Source: TPA_inf: Saccharomyces (lineage: Eukaryota). From it: a DNA stretch of 64,000 bases. A program made the translations under genes and the position numbers. Below, piece by piece: positions 32,977 through 44,554 of the stretch (position 1 is the stretch's first letter; every line of letters starts with the position of its first letter). Under the pieces are notes generated by a model. The model saw only the letters and a program-made list of their open reading frames with translations, searched no databases and had not been told where the DNA came from. The stretch is taken from contig BK006949.2 in NCBI GenBank assembly GCA_000146045.2, forward strand, positions 32,001-96,000, in the 5' to 3' direction.

Positions 32977-34614
32977 CTATATTACTTGGGTATTGCCCAT
33001 ACCAAAAGAAATTAAAGATGAGGCACTGCTAGATTTACCGCTATTTATGGTCCCAGTTGGCGAGGGGAACATTCCATGGTTAATGAAGCTTGTCTTGGGT
33101 GGGCCCCCATTGAGGTAATGCGCCGTTGCGGGATTTTGGTTTTCCTTGTTAGACTCATTTAGGTTTAGCAAATCAATATAATCATTGGTTGCGTTATTGC
33201 TGTTAGGACCCGTGATTTGTTCGTAGATCCTTTGTTTGTTATTTGTATTCACCAGACTATTCACACTAACGGTGCTACCACATATACTGTTTGACTGCTG
33301 CTGACCAAATTGGTACATACTTGGAGTGATTGGTGATGATTGTTCCATATTCCGGCTGAAAACGCTGTTATCAGAGAGTGAGCTCATGTTTCTCATTGGA
33401 GTGTGGCTTTGAGATGAGGAAGCGGGCGAAGGAATGGATGTGCTATTTGAATTTTCGAAAGAGCATGATGGGGTTGATATGGTAAGCTTTCTCGAAATGT
33501 TCAAGTTGGATGCAATTTGCAGTTTTCTTTGTAGATCCAAGTGATATTCTTTCACTTGATTAATGAAGGGTAGAACACCATTGACCGTTTTATACACTTC
33601 CATCAAGGAGTTAGGAATGGAAACAATGCCGTTCATTAAGGTACTCAAAATTTCACCATTTTTGCTTTCTGATGTCATTGGAGTCATTAAAAAAGGACCG
33701 TGGTCTTGATTGGTGAATTGATTGATAATGGAGAATATGCCGTGCGATACTTCGAAAAGTTCATATCTAAGTAAGTCGTACTGCCACGCGGATACATCAA
33801 TCAAGAATTTTTTCAAATTAATCAACTTGATCTTTAGTTTTAAGTCTTCTTCTTCTTCTTCTTCGTTTTGGTAGGGCCTCTCGTCTACAGTGGCATCACT
33901 ATCCTGGGATAATTGAGACTGACGTTTTTCAGAGCATTGTTTGTCATAAGTAACTTGATTTTCATAAAGTTCGTATTGCATCAAACAATTTTCATCAACA
34001 TTTAAAACGTAATCATTGATCATTGGTTCATAAATGTTCCAATTTAAAGTGTCTAGTATATGTCTTTCCATTTGTAAAAACATTGATTCATCAAAGACCT
34101 GACCATCACCACAGTAATGAACTAGTTCAGAGAGTCGAGGTATACGTGCCCTTGGGTTGGGACCATAAAATCTTCCGCCAGTAGGGATGACTACATTATT
34201 GATGATGTGATTACAACCGCCCCAAGTTTTAGCAGCCAACCAGAGACAAGTAGCGACAACCAATTTGGCTTGGTCCCGTAACACGATTCTCTTGGAACAA
34301 TAGCGGTCATATAATCTAACTGAATGAAAAAAAATACCATTTGTCACTCGAGTGACCACAGACAGCTCGAACAAAAAAGTGATAATGTTGGACCTTGTTT
34401 CCACGGGGTTCATTTCAGGCTGCTGGTCTATTAGTTTTGGATTAGGTTTGAACTTACATGATTGAGCAATAACATTGGTGGAGATTTCTTGGTGGTATTC
34501 TTGCAGCATTTCGAAGTGAGAAAGTAATTCTGCATTAGATAGCTCAATCGGATAGTAGTCCGGTTTAGCATTGATGACGAGTCCCATACGGGGTCTTGGT
34601 TCAGCACTAGCCAT
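32977..34614 (-). CDS. CLN2: G1 cyclin (545 aa)
   Basis: Cyclin box in the N-terminal half, S/T/P/N-rich PEST-like C-terminal half; ATG revcomp at 34612-34614; 545 aa. Confidence 0.95.
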
Positions 34615-35145
34615 TGTCTGTCGTTAAATTTAATGAATGAATGGAAAAAAGAAAAGATTTTCTTTTGTATGCAAATTATGATGTGGTAAGCGAATGAATT
34701 GGCAGCTATAGAGTCTAGCAATGCTGTATATAAGAAGAAAATTTGACGATGAAGTAAAGTAGATGTTAAAATAAAAGTAAGTTGTCCTTGATATTATCTA
34801 TTGCCAATTCACTAAAAAACCAGTAAGAGGAGCATAATAGTTACCAGAGTCGATTGCTATTTTTTTATATATGAAAGAGATAGTAAGTTAAACAAGTAGC
34901 CAGAGGCTGCGTGCGATACGCAAATAGAAGGCGGATCTGCGTTCTGCGTTTGCGCAGGCCTTTTTTCCTTTCCGTTTTTCAGTAGGCCTGTCAGATCAAC
35001 ATTTCGCAGGTTAGATCCTCAAAAAGGGCCAACAGTTGTTTCAGTTGGTGTTCATTTCAATTTTTAGCAGTTATACTTAACAGGCTACGCCAAATGTGCT
35101 CTTCGCTAGGTATCCGCATGCGGAAACATAACGGTTTTTGGCGCG

Positions 35146-35220
35146 TTTCGTGACTAGAACACGCAGTTTTGAGGTTCAGCGGGACGAATTTCGTGTACTT
35201 CCGTTGAGACAAATTTCGCG
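35146..35220. promoter_or_regulatory. Cluster of three SBF-type SCB elements (CACGAAA x2, CGCGAAA x1) about 530-610 bp upstream of the CLN2 ATG, on the CLN2 coding strand
   Basis: The plus strand reads TTTCGTG (35146-35152), TTTCGTG (35189-35195) and TTTCGCG (35214-35220), plus CGCG-containing flanks. CLN2 is the archetypal SBF (Swi4/Swi6) target. Confidence 0.6.
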
Positions 35221-35724
35221 ATGATTTCCGTTTTCGGAAAGATGGAGCCGGGTAAAGCGCGCATGAATTGATAACTTGGCACTTTTGAACCTCAGTATCA
35301 TTATTAACAATGTATAGTTGCTTTAGTTCGCATTTCAGGGTAAAAGTGCGGAGGATACGAAAAAGATGAGATAACTTACAGAAGGAAACGAATAGTGGTT
35401 TCAAAAAATGCCTTTCACTCGTAGAGAAAACAATAAAAGTTACCGCACTCCAACACAGGCGATACTGGAGGAATATTTTCAAGAGTAAATAGAAGCAAAG
35501 ATGCTTAAAAATGGATACTTGAACCAATTTTTCTGTAGCGGTATATTACGCTGCTCTTTTAAAATTATTTCTGACGCGACCCGTTTTTGTGTCGCTCGGT
35601 GAAAATCACGAAAAACTTGACACTTTGAAAACTAATACAACATAAAGAGACTGAAGACGAGGAAATCAAAACAACGAAAAAAGTCAATCTTCGAAGGAGC
35701 ATAGAGGCGAATGACTACTGAACA

Positions 35725-36882
35725 ATGAATCAGGAAGACAACACGGGCGGAGGGGGCATTTTTGGTCTTTTCAAATGGACTAAGGATGCGCTGTTTGGTA
35801 CGGACATATCACCTTCAATGAAATATAAAGATCAGGAAGAACGAAGAGACCGATCTAGGTATGCCCAAGACGACACAAATTTTTCTATGAAGTTTGGAAA
35901 TGACTCCAACAGGAGGAGTACAAACTTATCGAGGTCAAATTCGTGGTCTGGTCTGGATTCAACGCTCCATAGGAAGTACGAGTTACTCCCAGAGTACAAC
36001 GAGAACGGCTTTAACTCAATTGTTAACGGTGACCACCACAGCAAAGAGAGAATACGATCTTTACGAAGTCCTGCTCCGATAGTACCGAGAGAACCACTTC
36101 GTAACGAACCTACGGATACATTTGGTCACAGACTACACACAAAAAGGAGAACTATAAATGAGCTTTCCAATTCGCAGATACCCTTTATACCACCTCAGGA
36201 AGACGACCCTTTGCTCTCGAAATTATTTAACAAGGATGGAGTTAATGAGGTTAGAAGATCGCCCTATAAGTTATCGGTTAAAGATATACCAGGCAAATTT
36301 CCATCTCCCTTAACAAAACGTGATGAAATAGACAATTACTATGTCCGGGACGAAGATGCTTGCCACAAGAATAGAGAGTATAAAAAGGCATATTTTGATC
36401 TTTTTGCACAAATGGACTTGAACAGTAGAGACCTGGAAGATTTGTGTGAGGATGTTAGAGAGCAGCGTGAGCAATTCCACAGGAATGAGCAAACTTATAA
36501 GCAAGCATACGAGGAAATGAGAGCAGAACTGGTCAACGAGTTGAAGAAATCTAAGACACTCTTTGAAAATTATTATTCATTAGGTCAGAAGTACAAGAGT
36601 TTGAAAAAGGTCCTTGATCAAACGATCAGTCATGAGGCTGAACTGGCCACTTCTAGGGAACGGCTGTATCAGGAGGAGGATTTGAAAAACTTTGAAATAC
36701 AAACATTGAAGCAAAGACTATCCGATTTAGAGCTGAAATATACCAATTTGCAAATAGAAAAGGACATGCAGCGGGACAATTATGAATCCGAAATACATGA
36801 TTTATTATTACAGCTTAGCCTTCGTAATAACGAGAGAAAAGATACTTCTGCTGGTTCGAATATTTTTTCAACAGGACAATAG
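35725..36882 (+). CDS. BBP1: Spindle pole body duplication/insertion component (385 aa)
   Basis: ATG at 35725; C-terminal coiled-coil region; 385 aa; divergent from CLN2 as on chrXVI. Confidence 0.88.
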   Translation: MNQEDNTGGGGIFGLFKWTKDALFGTDISPSMKYKDQEERRDRSRYAQDDTNFSMKFGNDSNRRSTNLSRSNSWSGLDSTLHRKYELLPEYNENGFNSIVNGDHHSKERIRSLRSPAPIVPREPLRNEPTDTFGHRLHTKRRTINELSNSQIPFIPPQEDDPLLSKLFNKDGVNEVRRSPYKLSVKDIPGKFPSPLTKRDEIDNYYVRDEDACHKNREYKKAYFDLFAQMDLNSRDLEDLCEDVREQREQFHRNEQTYKQAYEEMRAELVNELKKSKTLFENYYSLGQKYKSLKKVLDQTISHEAELATSRERLYQEEDLKNFEIQTLKQRLSDLELKYTNLQIEKDMQRDNYESEIHDLLLQLSLRNNERKDTSAGSNIFSTGQ

Positions 36883-37484
36883 GACAGGACTCCATTCCAC
36901 AATGGAAATAACAGTTACGACTCTAATTCGCATTCATGGGACACTGATTACTTAAAAAATATAGACGGATTCATAGAACGCTGAAGCAGAAAAGCTGACA
37001 CGTTTCTCCCACTGTAACATTAAAAATACGTCATGATAGCAATGATAATGTGTTAACTACTTAGGTATGTACATTATATAGATAACGGAATAAAAAAAGA
37101 TACGTTCTTATTATCATCACTCAACACGAGCTGTAATTCCCGCCCATTTTTTCTTCATTATCAGGTTGCGATTTTGAACAAAAAAAGTGAAACTTGAAGT
37201 TACGATGTGACATAAATTTGTTAAAATAAAAAAGATAAAATTCAGGATAGAAGTAGGTGCAACGCGAAATTGTCTCTGTCTACTTGTGCCTTGAACATCG
37301 AACTTACAACAGATTAACAAAGTATCGTTGCTCTTTTCATTCGTCTGTTCGTTATCATCATTGGATAGGGCTTACTTTCTCGCACGTGATTTTTCCCACA
37401 GTATAAATTTTGAGCTATAAGTGGTAATAAAAATTCAATAAAAATATAGGGAAAACAAGCCCAGTAGTTTTGATTTCTTCTATC

Positions 37485-38951
37485 ATGTCAGCTATACAAT
37501 CGCCAGCACCTAAACCTCTGCAGCCAACTTATCCAGCTGCTTCGCCAGCTTCCACGAATGCATATATGAAGCCGGGCCTAATTGGTAGTCCTGCCGTCAG
37601 TAATCATACCGAGCCTAACAATGGTAACAATGAAACTGCGGAGCCTCAGGGACCAAATCAGAGAATTGATTTGGGTGCCATGATCGAAGAATTAACCTCA
37701 CTATTGGGAAAAGAAAGCTGGACGAAATATGCTCAGATCATCAGTCTTTTCATTTTAGGGAAGTTATCCAGAAAGGAACTTTCTAATGAATTAGAGCTGG
37801 TATTTTCACCAAGCGCTGCAAGCTTAGAAAAATCAAATACAAATCATCACCATAGTTTAGTACGACTTCATAACCAACTTTTATTAGGGATTTTTGCTAA
37901 TTCATTACGTGAAAACCCTCTTGGGAGAAACGGTAATGAGAGTTCTTGGGGATTTGGCAATGGAAGCAACAATCCAAACAATAAACTAAAAAGAATCAAT
38001 AAGCATAACTCTCAAATTGAAGTCTATAAAAAAATTGTCATGTCGTTACCTCTAAATGATCGAAATAGACTTAAAATGATCACGAAAGAGGCCGGCAAAA
38101 GAGGCTTCATTTTTTGCTCTGTATTTCAAGCCAGATTAAATAATATACCCAAAATTCCCATTGTAACCAATCCAGAAAGTTTGAAGCGTGTCAAGAGCAA
38201 TAATTTAAAAACGCCGCTGGAATGGTCACAAGATATAATGAATGGATTCAACGTTCCTTTAGCGAGCGAAAGCCATTCTTTACCAGACACGGATTCGTTT
38301 TACTTAAGAATGGTTGGTATAGCAAGAGAACATGGGTTAGTCGGCACAGTGGACGCACGTTGCGTAGAGCTTATATCATTGGCCCTAGATCAATATCTAA
38401 AAAATATAATAGAGTTTACTATTGATACAGTTCGTTATAGAAGGAAGAAATATTCAGATTATTATGATTTGAATGAGAGTGGGCTTTATAAATCCGTATC
38501 AGAAATGGCTGCTGATAAACGCGATGCCAAAATTAAGCAGTTAGATGATGATAAAAATGAGGATGAATGTGCCGATGAAGCCAAAAGTATTAATAACGGC
38601 AATAACAGTAGCAAGGACGATATTGGCGACATATCAATGAGCAGCATTACAAAGGCTGGCGAAGCAGTTAATGAGGAGTTACATGAAAACAGAACGATAT
38701 CATTAACGAATGAAGACATATATGATTCGTTATCTATATTTCCGAATTTGGTTGAACCTTCAGGTTCATACTATGCGTTAACTAATTTAGGGCTAGTTAA
38801 CGATGATGAACTAGTAGATATGAAGAGCAATATTGACGACTTGCCGGACTTCTTAAATGAAAAGCCGACTTTCACGCCTTTGGATGAAAGAAACGTTGGT
38901 ACAAGGCATGAATTAAATTGGTTAATTAAAGGAATCTTAACGGAAGATTGA
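37485..38951 (+). CDS. HFI1: SAGA complex structural subunit Ada1 (488 aa)
   Basis: Track start 37470 is a TTG; the ATG is at 37485 (MSAIQSPAPKP...), 488 aa; histone-fold-like region; synteny. Confidence 0.87.
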   Translation: MSAIQSPAPKPLQPTYPAASPASTNAYMKPGLIGSPAVSNHTEPNNGNNETAEPQGPNQRIDLGAMIEELTSLLGKESWTKYAQIISLFILGKLSRKELSNELELVFSPSAASLEKSNTNHHHSLVRLHNQLLLGIFANSLRENPLGRNGNESSWGFGNGSNNPNNKLKRINKHNSQIEVYKKIVMSLPLNDRNRLKMITKEAGKRGFIFCSVFQARLNNIPKIPIVTNPESLKRVKSNNLKTPLEWSQDIMNGFNVPLASESHSLPDTDSFYLRMVGIAREHGLVGTVDARCVELISLALDQYLKNIIEFTIDTVRYRRKKYSDYYDLNESGLYKSVSEMAADKRDAKIKQLDDDKNEDECADEAKSINNGNNSSKDDIGDISMSSITKAGEAVNEELHENRTISLTNEDIYDSLSIFPNLVEPSGSYYALTNLGLVNDDELVDMKSNIDDLPDFLNEKPTFTPLDERNVGTRHELNWLIKGILTED

Positions 38952-39062
38952 TGTATAAAAAGTGTGTGTATGCGGTATGTTGTAATTATATTGAAAGATT
39001 ATAAACCTTATTTGTTTCATATCTAAATGGCTGTGTTAAGAAAGACGATAATGTGACCGAGC

Positions 39063-41006
39063 TTAAGTGAGCTTTTTCTTTCTTTTACAAAGTTGTGTTT
39101 GAACTTCTTCTGAAATCGTTAATAATTTATTGACATTTTTTGAATCGTTCAAGTTTAGCAAGAAAAAGGATTTAGTATCAGAAATTAGTTTTTTCAGAAC
39201 AAGTGCAATAGGGGTCTCGCATGATTCCTTCTTAAAGATGCTTTTATCAAACTGTTCAATGGACTTCAGATTATTTAACTCGATAAAATAAAAGTCCACC
39301 GGTACGGGGTCATTGTTGCCATCGCTTTTTGAATCTCGAGGAAAAAACTGCACCTTGATTATACCCATCCCAGAATGAGGTAAATTTGGGTGTTCATCAC
39401 AACTAAAATTTAAGGGCAAATCTTCGAGTCCATTTTCTATGATGACAAGTTTGGAATCCAAAGAAATTGAGTGTTTTTCAAATTTCAACTTTATGCTATC
39501 TTTATCATTGTGGGAATAATCCAAGAGCATGTCCTGAGAAAATTCGTCATCTGATAAAAATACAAACTGTAAGGTGATCACATATTGTTTTTGATATATT
39601 GTATCCTTTTCGGCCAAAAATTTTATTAGAGACTCTCTCAATGAGCCATGTGGAGTGGTGCTTAGAGATATTAAGTTGAAATTTTTTTTTTGGTTCAGGC
39701 ACATATCATGGTAAACGCTATACTCTTGAGTGAAAAATTTATCTTCAGAAACTTTTAAATGCGGTATCACCCTATTAAATTTGTAAACATGTTCGCTTAG
39801 ACCTTGGGTTATTACGCCATTTTCGTAATCAAATAAAAGGTTCTCAGGCAAATTTTGCTCCATCACGTAAGCGTAACAGCGCATCGTGCCTTTTTGTTCA
39901 ATAATAGAGTTTTCAAGTCTCCTACTCCGCAGGAGTTCTTTTTCCACAGTGTTATAGGTATCATTATAAAATTTTTCCTGTTTAGAGGCCATTTCTTTCA
40001 AATTTTCCATTTGGTTTTGTAAATGTTCCAAATCTTGCGAGTTTTGTAAGGATTTGCTTATTAGTGGGTTGTTTGCCAATTCCAATTGTTTTATATTTTC
40101 ATTTATTTCTGAGATGTTTTGTTCCGAATATTCAGCTTGTCTATCTATATCCATGATCTCCTTGTGTAACTTCTCACTTTCCGATTGTAGAGTGGCTATC
40201 TGATCAAGTAATTCACGATGTTTGTTTGTCAAATTTTCCATGGATTTTAACTTAGCTTCTTTGAATGCAATAAAATCCTTCCTCAATTGTGATTCGTGGT
40301 TTACTTGTCTTTCCAAGTTTTGCTTCTGTAAATTCGCCCAATTTATGTTGAGCTCTTGCAGCGTTTTCTTCAACTGAGATATTTCCTCTGTGATTTCGTG
40401 GTCAGGCTCGACATTTTCCATTATTTGCAGCTCATTTTCCCAAAAGATAAGCTTATTATTGTACAATTCTTGAGATTCCTGCCTTTTCAAGATCAGATTC
40501 TGGTCGAGTTCAGCCTGCAAGGTTGCCAAAGCGGATTTGTTCTTCTTAATTAAATCAGCGCGTTCACCGTCCTTGGAGTTCAGATTTTGCGTCAAATCTC
40601 TAACCTGTTTGAGATACTTTGCTTGTTTGGATTTTTTCTTATAAAGTTCAAACCTGGACTTATTGAGATCTCGAAACTTGATGGTTTTGATTTCTCTTTC
40701 GCACTCAATCAATTGAGTCCTGAGAGTATGTCTTTGGAACCTTATTTTGTCTTGGCGGTCTTTTAAGTCCTTAATTTTGCTCATGTTGATGTTTAATGAT
40801 GCAGATCGAGATACAGATGGGAAGGAATCCTTTACGGGTGGAAGAGCCAATGAACTCTTCATAGACGAAGGTCTAGAGCCATTCATGGTGTTTGTCGTGT
40901 TTGTGATATCCATAAGGTTTCGAGATTTTGATGAGGACACATTATCGGGATTGTGAAAGATTCTATTCTTTGAAAGAAAAGCGTGTTTGTTTTGCTGTGA
41001 CGCCAT
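39063..41006 (-). CDS. VIK1: Kar3-associated kinesin-like non-motor protein (647 aa)
   Basis: Track start 41015 is a GTG; the ATG is revcomp CAT at 41004-41006 (MASQQNKHAF...). Long central coiled coil; C-terminal motor-homology domain lacking a P-loop. Confidence 0.87.
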   Translation of the reverse strand: MASQQNKHAFLSKNRIFHNPDNVSSSKSRNLMDITNTTNTMNGSRPSSMKSSLALPPVKDSFPSVSRSASLNINMSKIKDLKDRQDKIRFQRHTLRTQLIECEREIKTIKFRDLNKSRFELYKKKSKQAKYLKQVRDLTQNLNSKDGERADLIKKNKSALATLQAELDQNLILKRQESQELYNNKLIFWENELQIMENVEPDHEITEEISQLKKTLQELNINWANLQKQNLERQVNHESQLRKDFIAFKEAKLKSMENLTNKHRELLDQIATLQSESEKLHKEIMDIDRQAEYSEQNISEINENIKQLELANNPLISKSLQNSQDLEHLQNQMENLKEMASKQEKFYNDTYNTVEKELLRSRRLENSIIEQKGTMRCYAYVMEQNLPENLLFDYENGVITQGLSEHVYKFNRVIPHLKVSEDKFFTQEYSVYHDMCLNQKKNFNLISLSTTPHGSLRESLIKFLAEKDTIYQKQYVITLQFVFLSDDEFSQDMLLDYSHNDKDSIKLKFEKHSISLDSKLVIIENGLEDLPLNFSCDEHPNLPHSGMGIIKVQFFPRDSKSDGNNDPVPVDFYFIELNNLKSIEQFDKSIFKKESCETPIALVLKKLISDTKSFFLLNLNDSKNVNKLLTISEEVQTQLCKRKKKLT

Positions 41007-41362
41007 AAAGTACACTGGTCAGGAAATGGTGCTTTTGCGAGGAGAATGTGTGTGTATGTGTGTGTTGTTAGGGCATTTCATATTCTATATTCATTGTTTT
41101 TTTGTTTTTTTTGTTTTTTCAGTTCTTTGTTTACCTATTTTTTCTTTGCCGCAATTGCAAATATTATTAACTTAATTGCGATTATTGAGACTAAACAATA
41201 AAGACCTGGCAGTGGAGGCATGACAGAGGATATCGCGAAACGATTGTTTAAGAGTATATTATAAAGTTGACTTGTTTCCTTATAATTATAATTATAAATA
41301 TATATATATAGATTATTCACAGGAGAAATTGGGGGCACAAATGAGGGGTAAAAATGCAGACA

Positions 41363-41881
41363 TTAACTAAAATCGTTGTTATTAACGTTTCTTGTCATCT
41401 GGGGCAGAGCGACTCTAATCCCATCGATATCTTTTGACATCTTAATCTGGCACCCAAGCCTGCTTGTCTCTGTTAGCCCGTAAGCAAGATCGAGCATATC
41501 GTTTTCATCATCTTCAGGTTCCGGCAGGGCATCGTAGTAGTCTGGATCAACGATGACGTGACAGGTGGAGCAGGCACAAGAACCGCCGCATGCGCCCTCC
41601 ATGTCCAGGTTGTGACCTTGAGCGATGTCCAGGATGGTTTCGCCCTCACAGACTTCGTACGTCTTCTGGGAGCCATCCTTCAGAATAAAAGTTATCTTCA
41701 GTTCTTCGCCTGGTTTCGGTTTTTTCAAATGGCCATGGTTTAAGAACGAAGACGTAGAGAAGGGCAGAAATCTTGTGGTTGTGGTGGTGCGTGTGAGCAG
41801 AGATGGAGAGGTGCGTAAAAGATGTGCTGCGATGTTCGATATTCTAGCTGTGTGTCCAGCCCGAGTAACAATTTTCAGCAT
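41363..41881 (-). CDS. YAH1: Mitochondrial [2Fe-2S] ferredoxin (adrenodoxin homologue), 172 aa
   Basis: Cluster-binding cysteines [12 protein letters not shown] plus a downstream Cys; N-terminal presequence; ATG revcomp at 41879-41881. Confidence 0.95.
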
Positions 41882-42308
41882 TGGGGGCGGGTTGAGTATA
41901 GATACGAGAAGCGCCTATTTCGTATGAGGTTTTTTTTTTCTATTATTATGTATATTAGGCATATATATACATATATATATTTTGCATACATATTCATTTT
42001 TAAAAAAATGCAACTGCTACACGCTTTGAAAGATTCAATGAAAAGTTTTTCCGACGACCAGAATTGGCTAGCAAAAAAACGAAAATGTAATGGAGTCATG
42101 CAAACATGACTAATAGTAACAAAAAAAAAAGATATAGTAGAATTGAGTAAGTAAGTTCTATGTATATTGTTGTTATTTTCTCTAAAAAAAAAAAAAAACT
42201 ATGTAAAATTAGGAATTAAGAATATGCTTGGAAGGAATGCCGATTTAAAATGTGTAGGATATGCGATGCAAGGGGTCGTGAGAACAAGTAGAGATGTGGT
42301 AAAATGCG

Positions 42309-42719
42309 TCATACCGATGACAACCACAGTCTGTAGTTCTGTTGTGCGACATTGGCAAAGGCATCGTTACTTGCAAAGGCAAACCCAGAGGCAGAGTTAG
42401 ATTCCTTACTAGCAGCAGCAACTGCACTGGCGGCGTTGCCGTTAAATTCCATATCGAACATGCAATCGTCTTCAGTACTCGTTATTATGTTGCTGTCCGT
42501 CTTATCTTTAGTGTGCGTGCATTCTGACTCATCGACAATCGGGTACGATAGCGGAAAAGTTAGCAATTCTTGCTGGTAAGATTGAGAAAAGTCATCGGCA
42601 TAAGTCGATCTGTCCGGGCTATGCGAGAGCATAGGGGGCTCGAAAGCAACGTTTGAAAACGAAAGAGGGAAGACCTCGTCTTCATAGCGCGAGATGGGGG
42701 AAGATTCCACAGAGGACAT
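42309..42719 (-). CDS. ICY2: Small S/D-rich protein of the ICY family (ICY2, also called ATG41), 136 aa
   Basis: ATG revcomp at 42717-42719; 136-aa acidic, low-complexity protein; position between YAH1 and RPL36B. Confidence 0.75.
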   Translation of the reverse strand: MSSVESSPISRYEDEVFPLSFSNVAFEPPMLSHSPDRSTYADDFSQSYQQELLTFPLSYPIVDESECTHTKDKTDSNIITSTEDDCMFDMEFNGNAASAVAAASKESNSASGFAFASNDAFANVAQQNYRLWLSSV

Positions 42720-43698
42720 TGTAAATAATTGTAATTGTATATTATTGTGTGTAAGTTTGGTTGGTTTGGTGTAGCCAATTTAGTTTGGTTTTCTCAAGAA
42801 TAAAACAAGTAAGAAAGAAAGAGAGTTGCTCCAGACCCTTTCCGAAATCAAGATGAGTCCTGTTCTTATATATACCTTTTTACGCAGAGCCGCTTCTTTA
42901 TGCACCGTGGAGTAATTACCGAATTGCAAAACCACCCGGGTGTGGATGTGGATGCAAAATAACAGTGAAATGAGTAATAACAATGGTCATAAACATGTGG
43001 TGTGCAATGTGTCATCTTCGCGCGCGTGCTAAAAAAAACGAATAACGGTGGTGATCCCGCGGCTTTCCACACTGACGGGGTCACGTGTGTTTATTCTGTT
43101 TTCTTCTAACGGCTTCTGTAGATTTCCGGACGGTTCCACGCAGCGCCACAGCTTGGTTCCAGATCGACGGAAGAGAACGTGCAACCCTTTGGGCTGGTTA
43201 TGAAACAACGCAGATGGAGAATATGGCTCACAACCCCAAGGGACTTCTTGGTTTGGTTTTGTTTACAGTTTTTTGCTTGGCAAAGGTGCCATCGTTTGTC
43301 ATGATAGCATGACGGTAGCAGGCATCATTGATTTTGCAACTGTTGCGGACCAGGACAGTGGGTATGGTGTAACTTCTGTAACACACCCACAAATGTGGTT
43401 GAGTCTCTAATGGAGATGAGTGAGTGGGCGAGCCAGGATAGGGTCTTTGGCATGTGCGGTGCTTACCCGGAAGGGAGATGCGCACGTGACTGTTGAAAAA
43501 GGGAAAAGCAGAGGTAATGAATGACGAAGTCGGTTCATTGCATGTGCTGTTACACTTCTTAAATAGATATCGATTAAGAATTACTATAATGATTTGTTAC
43601 TTATTTTTTATTAACTAGCTTTGGGGGAGAGCCATGGAAAATAGCACTCGGTCTTGTGGCGGAGTTGGATTTGCTTGACTGTGGCCCCCTCACGCTGT

Positions 43699-43985
43699 TT
43701 AATGACGACGAGAGGCAGCAATGATGTTGTTCATTTCTTCGACCTTAGCCTTGGCTCTGGTGAAAGAACCCAATCTCTTCTTGGCGACCTTTCTGGCTCT
43801 CTTTTCACCGGAGTTTCTGATCAAATCGATCAATCTTCTTTCATATGGGGACAAACCGGCGATTTCTCTAACCAAAGATCTGACGAACTTGGTTCTGTTG
43901 GAGGCAGCACCCTTCTTGTAGGAGATCTTTGGGGCTGGAGTCATTTGGGTGACTTTCTTACCCTTGTTCAAACCAATAGCGATAC
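43699..43985 (-). CDS. RPL36B: Ribosomal protein L36 (eL36), exon 2 of 2
   Basis: Encodes ...IAIGLNKGKKVTQMTPAPKISYKKG...AASRRH-stop. Exon 2 begins right after the TAG 3' splice site; the track ORF 43699-43971 starts at an internal TTG. Confidence 0.92.
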
Positions 43986-44223
43986 CTAGAGGAAAAAAAT
44001 AGAATATCTTATGTTAGTAACAAGCACACTAGTACTCACGTAGTATACGAGCAAAATAAATAAACAAAGACTCCACGGAGTACTGCAACGCTGGGTGCAG
44101 GATATAAACGATGTTTGCATATCTCTGGAGCTTAATCTCATCCTGTTTGTATTTCTGTTGTTGGCTTAGTGGTTCAGTTCATTTTGCTTTTGCTCTACAG
44201 TTCATTAGTTCAGGTAAACATAC
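43986..44223 (-). other. RPL36B: RPL36B spliceosomal intron (238 nt): 5'ss GTATGT, branch point TACTAAC (44013-44019), 3'ss TAG
   Basis: All three canonical yeast splice signals are present on the minus strand at the expected spacing (branch point about 27 nt from the 3'ss). Confidence 0.9.
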
Positions 44224-44239
44224 CAGTCTTGACAGCCAT
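44224..44239 (-). CDS. RPL36B: RPL36B exon 1 (16 nt: ATG GCT GTC AAG ACT G), joined to exon 2 to give MAVKTG|IAIGLNKG...
   Basis: ATG followed by GTATGT after 16 nt. The joined product is a 100-aa L36 protein in frame. Confidence 0.88.
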
Positions 44240-44354
44240 TTTGTATTATCCTTGCTTCTCTATTCTGTTTTGACTATGGTAATACACGAACTTAAGACTT
44301 AACGCTAATTAAAACGAATATTCAAGAAATGCAATGATGTGCCTCTTCCTCTGC

Positions 44355-44372
44355 CTCTCTCTCTCTCTCTCT
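44355..44372. repeat. (CT)9 dinucleotide microsatellite in the RPL36B 5' region
   Basis: Direct reading ctctctctctctctctct. Confidence 0.9.
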
Positions 44373-44541
44373 CCTAGTGCATTCATGCTAGCTTCCCTCG
44401 TCGGGCTTCCCTGAACAGCCTTGGTTGGCAACCCAATGAAAAAGTTCCGCGCACGCGGTATGTGCGTCTTTCGCAACCAGACCTCTCGGTCATGGTCGTC
44501 TCCCGCACGGTAAAGCGGAAACAAAAACCCAACACATCCGT

Positions 44542-44554
44542 GGATGTACGGGTG
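44542..44554 (-). promoter_or_regulatory. Candidate Rap1 site (CACCCGTACATCC on the minus strand) about 310 bp upstream of the RPL36B ATG
   Basis: Match to the ACACCCRYACAYY Rap1 consensus at the position typical of ribosomal-protein gene promoters. T-rich/(TTG)n and (CT)9 tracts lie between it and the ATG. Confidence 0.4.

Noticed and set aside
35057-35527. 156-aa minus-strand ORF in the CLN2-BBP1 intergenic region
   Set aside because: It overlaps the SCB-rich CLN2 upstream activating region. The translation is Cys/Leu/Phe-rich with no domain, so the region is better explained as promoter.
41625-41927. 100-aa plus-strand ORF overlapping the 5' end of YAH1
   Set aside because: It is antisense to the highly conserved ferredoxin gene and its start region. 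It corresponds to the kind of ORF listed as dubious in reference annotation and has no independent support.
43085-43485. Overlapping 75-85-aa ORFs in the long ICY2-RPL36B intergenic region, considered as a possible unannotated gene
   Set aside because: There is no start in good context, the ORFs are mutually overlapping on opposite strands, and the translations are low complexity. The region more likely holds the ICY2 promoter (with a CACGTG E-box) and the RPL36B terminator, though an unannotated non-coding transcript cannot be excluded from sequence alone.
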